A stretch of DNA of 64,000 nucleotides. Origin: Mustelus asterias. Lineage: Eukaryota. Made by a program: the position numbers and the translations under genes. Where the stretch lies: positions 115,134,001-115,198,000 of the forward strand of contig NC_135807.1 in NCBI RefSeq assembly GCF_964213995.1, in the 5' to 3' direction. Shown piece by piece: positions 58,181 through 64,000 of the stretch. Below the pieces are notes generated by a model. That model worked only from the letters and a program-made list of their open reading frames with translations. It did no database searches and was not told the origin of the DNA. The first letter of the stretch is position 1. Each line of letters begins with the position of its first letter.

Positions 58181-58829
58181 TTCAGCGGAAACGTGACAAA
58201 AACTCAATTAAATCATAAACATAGCTTCCATTACACTTAAAGTAAAACTCGAGCAGCACAGTCGCCGAGTGGCAGGGAATTGGAGGAAATTCAGGGCTGG
58301 AGATATTTTATAATCAGGATCTTCCAGTTTGCAATTCATCAATGTCGAAAGAGTTTTGCAAGTTCACTTACATTTTGATATTTTCAGCCAGAATCCTCAG
58401 TATTGCAGGATTAATCCACTGACAATTATTCTTGTTACATCAAGGTTCACATTTTGATTCCTACTATACTTGGCCTTTCAGTATTTAATACACTGCCAAT
58501 GGGTACAAATGTTTCAGTCTCTGTTGCTCTCATCTCTCACTTTGACGGCCACGCACCAAAAGAATAGAAAAGGATTATTCAAATTTATCATAAGTTTGAC
58601 ATCATTTACAAACCAATTGACCCTGTAATACCATGAAATGGAGCATAAACAGACAAGTAATAAATCATGTCAGTGACTAATTAGTGAGTTCAAGAATTCG
58701 CCATACAAATTAGAGATGGAACAATAGCACGGGTGAGATGTTCATGGAAACAGCCAAGCTGTAATATAAGATAAAAATAAATGCTTGCAACAAAGTATCG
58801 ACAAGTCAACAACATCATCAATAACTTGT

Positions 58830-59275
58830 ATTTAAGTGGCAACTTTAATTTAGCAGAACATCCCAAAAAACTGTTTCACTGGAATGTGATCAAAGAAAAC
58901 TTGACACTTTACCATACAAGGTCATAATGGGACAGATAGCGCAAAGCTTGGCTATAAGAGATAGAAGCATAAAGTGCTGGCAAAGCTTGGCGGGTCTGGC
59001 AGCTTCTGTGGAGGGGGGCACAGAGTTAATTGGTTCAAATCTGTCTTCAGAACGCTCTAGCTTGGCTAATGAGATTGGTTTTAGGGAGTGTGCTGGAGCA
59101 AGTGAGGGGGATCGAGAGGTAGAGAATGGTTTACGGAGGAAATTCCAGAGCTTTAGCCCTCGGCAGCTCAAGGCACAAACGCCAAGACTGGAGTGGCAAA
59201 AATTGGAGATGCCCAAGAGGCCTGACTTGGAGGAGTGCAGAGATCTCGTCACGTTGTATGACTAGAGGAGGTTAA
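58830..59275 (-). mobile_element. L2 LINE 3' remnant, interrupted by a Penelope family-2 terminus (~58945-59050)
   Basis: RSLHSSKSGLL....SSLGVCALSCRGLKLWNFL. Confidence 0.6.
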
Positions 59276-59829
59276 GGTCAGAGGCAAAAAGTGACAACAA
59301 ATCCATCCAGTGTTGCCCAGAGCATGGCTGTATTGGTTATGGATCATCCTGTGTGACATTCAGTCTTACAGACGGTGCTAAGTTAACTAATTTCAACCAG
59401 CATAGGAAGAGGAATATCACAATCATCTCAACTTTCCTTGATGATGAAAATGTAAACAATATTACCAATCCTGATCACAATAACCCCCCAAGTAAACCTG
59501 CAACTGGAACCTCTCTGATAACAGGGACAAGATTTCTGGAATTGCATCCCAAGCAAGAATACGTACCCATGAGAAAGGGTGAGAAAACAAAAAATCAAAT
59601 TATTAATTATTTTAAGGTCCCAGTTGGAAAATGCATGTGTAAGCAAAAGTTTGGCTCTGCCAAAGTCAAAGGTTTGGTTTATTAATGCTTTTAATCTGCA
59701 TACAGGGGAGGGTGTTGGTGCTGAGTGTTGGTGGTGTGTGAGGTTAAAGAAGCCAAAAAGGTAAGTGTGCCGAGAAACTGCGAGGGACCCACCAACTTCC
59801 ACATTTAACGCAGGAACCCCCTGAGTGTC

Positions 59830-60040
59830 TTACCCAAGCCCTCTCCCCCACCTTATCCCCATAACGCCACACATTTACCATCTAGGTGGCCAATCCACCT
59901 AACCTGCATACCTTTGGACTGTGGGAGGAAACTCACACAGATACGGGGAAAATGTGCAGACTCCACACATAGTCAATCGAGGCTGGAATTAAACTCTGGT
60001 CCCTGGCGCTGTGATGCAGCAGTGCTAACCACTGTGCCAC
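59830..60040 (-). mobile_element. HE1-like SINE, degenerate
   Basis: tRNA head and V core on the - strand. Confidence 0.75.
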
Positions 60041-60299
60041 TCATTGACATCCACTGCTCTTCTTCTATTCTTGTCATATGACTTAGTTCAAGGCTGAATG
60101 TAGGGCATTTGTAACTAGAGGCTACAGTGGAGGTGATTGGACAACGGAGATTTGAAATAAAATTTATGGTGCATAAACATTGACAATAAAAGTAACAACC
60201 TAAAATACTTTCAAATACCAAGTGATTTCCCATGTAAAATTACAAACTCTTTCTCTTCATTTTCTTATGATGAGCTCTATGTTTTCAGCAGATCTGGAG

Positions 60300-62650
60300 G
60301 CAGGCTGCTTGCTCCCTAGTATTGACTGTGCAGGTGTTCATAGTTGACTTCCTCGGGACTTTCCTGTCTGCAAGAGCCTTCCTAAAGACTGCCCTGCATT
60401 CTGTGCTGGGGGAGACTCACTGGGACAGGACTCAGCACCTTTGGCTATAATGGATGTGTGGGCATTGAGGGGGAGAGTGATAGCACGTTGAGCAGAGTCC
60501 CCACTCAATGGGGCTTTTCTCTGCCTTCCCTCACATGGCTCACTTGTGCTTTTGCTCGCTGAGAGCTGGGAAGCACTTTGTTGTACTTCAGTTCGGCACT
60601 GAGCAGGCTTTCCTCCATTCGATTTAAACTGATACAATGACTGTACAGGGCACTGAGTACTAGGATGTACTCAGTTCCCTACTGTGTCTATAATCCGTAC
60701 ACTCTCTTCATGGATGTGAACATCAACACGTGATGTTCACATGTAGATGTGAACATTTACATGTGACTCCAGACCCATAGCAATGTGGTTGACTCGTAAC
60801 TGTCCTTTAAATGGCTTAGCAAGCCACTCAGTTTAGGGGCATTGAGAGATGGACAACAAATGCTGGCCTTGCGAGCGATGCCCACATTCCATGAGAGAAT
60901 AAGTTGTTAAAAAAGTTTATTTTCTGATTTTTTTTTTGTCTTTTTAAATACTTCCTCTTTGTTTTCTTGTACTCTGTTTTCTTGTACCCTCTGGTACTCT
61001 CTGTACTCTCTGCACTTAGAATATAGTGTTCAATTTTGGTCGCCATACTACCAGAAGGATGTGGGGACTTTGGAGAGGGTACAGGAAAGATTTACCAGGA
61101 TGTTGTCTGGTATGTAGGGCATTAGCTAGGAGGAGAGGTTGGAGAAACTTGGTTTGCTCTCACTGGAACGACGGAGGTTGAGGGACAACCTGATAGAAGT
61201 CTACAAGATTATGAGAGACATGGACAGAGTGGATGGTCAGAAGCTTTTTCCCAGAATGGAAGAGTCAATTACTAGGGGGCATAGGTTTAAGGTGCGAGGG
61301 GTAAGGTTTAAAGGAGATGTACGAGGCAAGTTTTTTTTTACATAGAGGGTGGTGGGTGCCTGGAACTCGCTGCCAGGGTTGTTCGTGGAAGCGGATATGG
61401 TAGTGACTTTTAAGGGGCGTCTTGACAAATACATGAATAGGATGGGAATAGAGGGATATGTTCCCCAGAAGGGTAGGGGGTTTTAGTTAAGTCAGGCAGC
61501 ATGGTCAGTGCAGGCTTGGAGGGCCAAAGGGCCTGTTTCCTGTGCTGTAATTTTCTTTGTTCTCTTTGTTCTTTGAAGGCCTGAGACATTTTGGCACCCA
61601 AACAGAGATGGACTCCTCTAACCTCTCTCCAGTGGTGCTGACAGAACCTCATACATTTTCTGCTGCTGCTCTGGAATACATTGATGCCCAGAGCTAGGAG
61701 GTTTCTGCAACCCCCCAATGGGGACTCGCCACTGAAATCCTTGTCTCTAAACCTGCTCCTGCTCACAGTATGGTTCATTATTTGACAACCCTAAGAGTCC
61801 CTGTCAAGGTGTGCGTATCTGCATTGCTGGACGATGCAAGTGTGTTGTGTAATGGTGCTTCCTCTCAGATTGCACCACCCCCACTAAGGAATCTTTATTC
61901 TCCTCCTGTACCTGTCTTTGTGGGACACTTGAAGGACCTGTGGGGGATGAAAGAAAAATGAATTAGGACTTACAAAGTGAAAAGTATTGAAGTCATAATA
62001 GTGCAGAGGATCATATTTCAGTTGTTGTTGACATCAATTCAAGATGAATGAGTGCTAAGTGCCTTGGAGCTGTGTGATACTAATTCTGTTACCAATCTGG
62101 GAAATCTCCATCTTTCTAAATCCAATGGATTTAACACCCCGTCACTCTGCTGATCTCCAGCATGTCCTCCTCCAGAGTGGTCAGGGATGATGATTCATAC
62201 TCTCTGCTTCTCCCTCATGCTCTACACTCTTTTCTCTCACTAATATGAAAAATGGAGTTGTGTTCAGAGGATGGAACAACATTTGTGGTAGTTGGTTTGA
62301 AGGATTGGTGTGAGCGGACAATGACTGAAGTGCTAGCTGTCGGGATGGGTATGTGAGGTGGTGTCTCAGGACAGTACGAGTGGAGGTGCAAGTTGTGTTG
62401 GTCTGGGAAAGCTGGGGAAGTCAAAATGAGAGGATTAGCACTTAAAAATGGCATGCCATTCGCCTTTCCTGCCCAGAGAAGGTCTTCAAATCACTTGTGG
62501 CACCATTCCCATGAACAGCAGATTCATGCCCTGCTCACCACCTCCGTGATTTCCAGTCACACATGCCTACTTTTAGAGACTGAATTCTTCCTCCCAATTC
62601 CTGCAAGCCCTTATATCCCACAGCATGATTATTCCGGATGCGTCTGAGAC
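60300..62650 (-). pseudogene. Decayed Harbinger Myb/SANT gene, interrupted by SINE and CR1 fragments
   Basis: The - strand gives LEITEVVSRA*ICCSWEWCHK*FEDLLWAGK, LTTLEEDMLEI and QQQKMYEVLSAPLER, in the same order as the motifs at 26448-28200. Confidence 0.5.
61020..61575 (+). mobile_element. CR1 3' part
   Basis: LEKLGLLSLERRRLRDNLIEVYKIMR followed by a TTGTTCT tail. Confidence 0.88.
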
Positions 62651-63121
62651 CCAGGGTTCAGCCTTGTCACACAGACTCCATTAGAGAAGTTGGAGGCAAT
62701 TGTAGAATTTGCCCCTGCAATTTTGAAGTTTCACGAGTCAGTGGTGGGTTGTTGTCATGGAGATGTGCTCCAATTATTCCAGAATTCCAGAAGGGGGATG
62801 ATGCAGTTCAGTTAAAGAGCCACAACAACATTCACTTCCTAACCCACTGCTGGTCTCCCCTGGAGTGAATGGGCTTAAATGTTAAAAAATCAGCCCATAG
62901 TTGGGTGACAATTACTATTCATTGTCAATTTAGAGAAAATGAATTGAAAATCCCCTGAGCACTCAGGAGGATCACATTGGAAATCAACAAAGTGTCAGAA
63001 GGGAGAGGGATATGGAGACCTTCCAGATACCTGGTGATGGAATGAGATATCACACAATCACTTAGCACGTAGCACCTCGCTCATGTCGAGCTGATAATAC
63101 CAACAAGAAGAATTAGGTCAG

Positions 63122-63911
63122 AAGTTGCATTTTGGTAGAACTAACGTAGGGGGGAGCTATACGATAAATGGCAGAACCATAAAGGGTGTAGATATGCAGA
63201 GGGACTTGGGTGTGCAAGTCCACAGATCCTTGAAGGTGATGTCACAGGTGGAGAAGGTAGTGAATAAGGCATATGGCATGCTTGCCTTTATAGGATGGGG
63301 CATAGAGTATAAAAGTTGGGGTCTGATGTTGCGGTTGTATAGAACGTTGGTTCGGCCGCATTTGGAATACTGCGCCCAGTTCTGGTCGCCACACTACCGG
63401 AAGGATGTGGAGGCTTTATAGAGAGTACAGAGGAGGTTTACCAGGATGTTGCCTGGTATGGAAGGGCTTAGTTATGAGGAGAGATTGGGTAAACTGGGGT
63501 TGTTCTCACTGGAAAGACGGAGGATGAGGGGTGACCTAATAGAGGTGTATAAAATTATGAAAGGCATAGATAGGGTGAATGGTGGGAAGCTTTTTCCCAG
63601 GTCGGTGGTGACGTTCACGAGGGGTCATAGGTTCAAGGTGAGGGGGGTGGGGGGGTGGGGGGGTGCGGAGAGGTTTAACATTGATATCAGTAGGACGTAT
63701 TTTACGCAGAGGGTGGTGGGGGCCTGGAATGCACTACCGGGCAATGTGGTGGAGGCGGACACCCTGGGAACGTTTAAGACTTATCTAGATAGCCACATGA
63801 ACGGAGTGGAAATGGAGGGATACAAAAGAATGGTCTAGTTTGGACCAGGGAGCGGCGCGGGCTTGGAGGGCCGAAGGGCCTGTTCCTGTGCTGTATTGTT
63901 CTTTGTTCTTT
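63122..63911 (+). mobile_element. CR1 3' part
   Basis: ORFs 63125..63421 and 63446..63838 separated by one stop; (TTGTTCT)n tail. Confidence 0.92.
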
Positions 63912-64000
63912 ACCTTTTACATCCAAGGGTGATTTGTTAGGCTCGGAAGTCATTCCATGTAAAATGGCTCACTTACACTGTCAGATGCATTGATTAACAT

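Noticed and set aside
59353-59802. Overlapping 110-124 aa ORFs and a possible small exon at 59706-59760
   Set aside because: No recognisable motif; the ORF lengths are compatible with chance.

Overview
This is eukaryotic, repeat-saturated genomic DNA, very probably from an elasmobranch (shark or ray), judged from HE1/V-SINE-type tRNA SINEs and their partner CR1 LINEs. No host protein-coding gene could be identified, and almost all listed ORFs are transposon fragments or spurious. The window holds several CR1 LINE families, L2, RTE, Rex1/Babar and Tx1-like fragments, two degenerate Gypsy elements (one as head-to-head inverted halves), three solo LTRs with target-site duplications (TSDs) and one split LTR. 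A complete 6.15-kb two-gene PIF/Harbinger transposon (25687-31840) and several decayed relatives are also present. The most interesting signal is a young Penelope-like (GIY-YIG) family whose terminal repeat carries a minimal hammerhead ribozyme with compensatory stem changes. It inserts as TSD-flanked palindromes ranging from 2 kb down to a 209-bp non-coding double-hammerhead element. Other highlights are an apparently DNA-templated 18S rRNA capture inside the Harbinger Myb gene, a double Tx1-like insertion at one LTR site, and a structured module in a CR1 3' UTR. All family calls come from motif recognition by eye; boundaries without a stated TSD or TIR are approximate.
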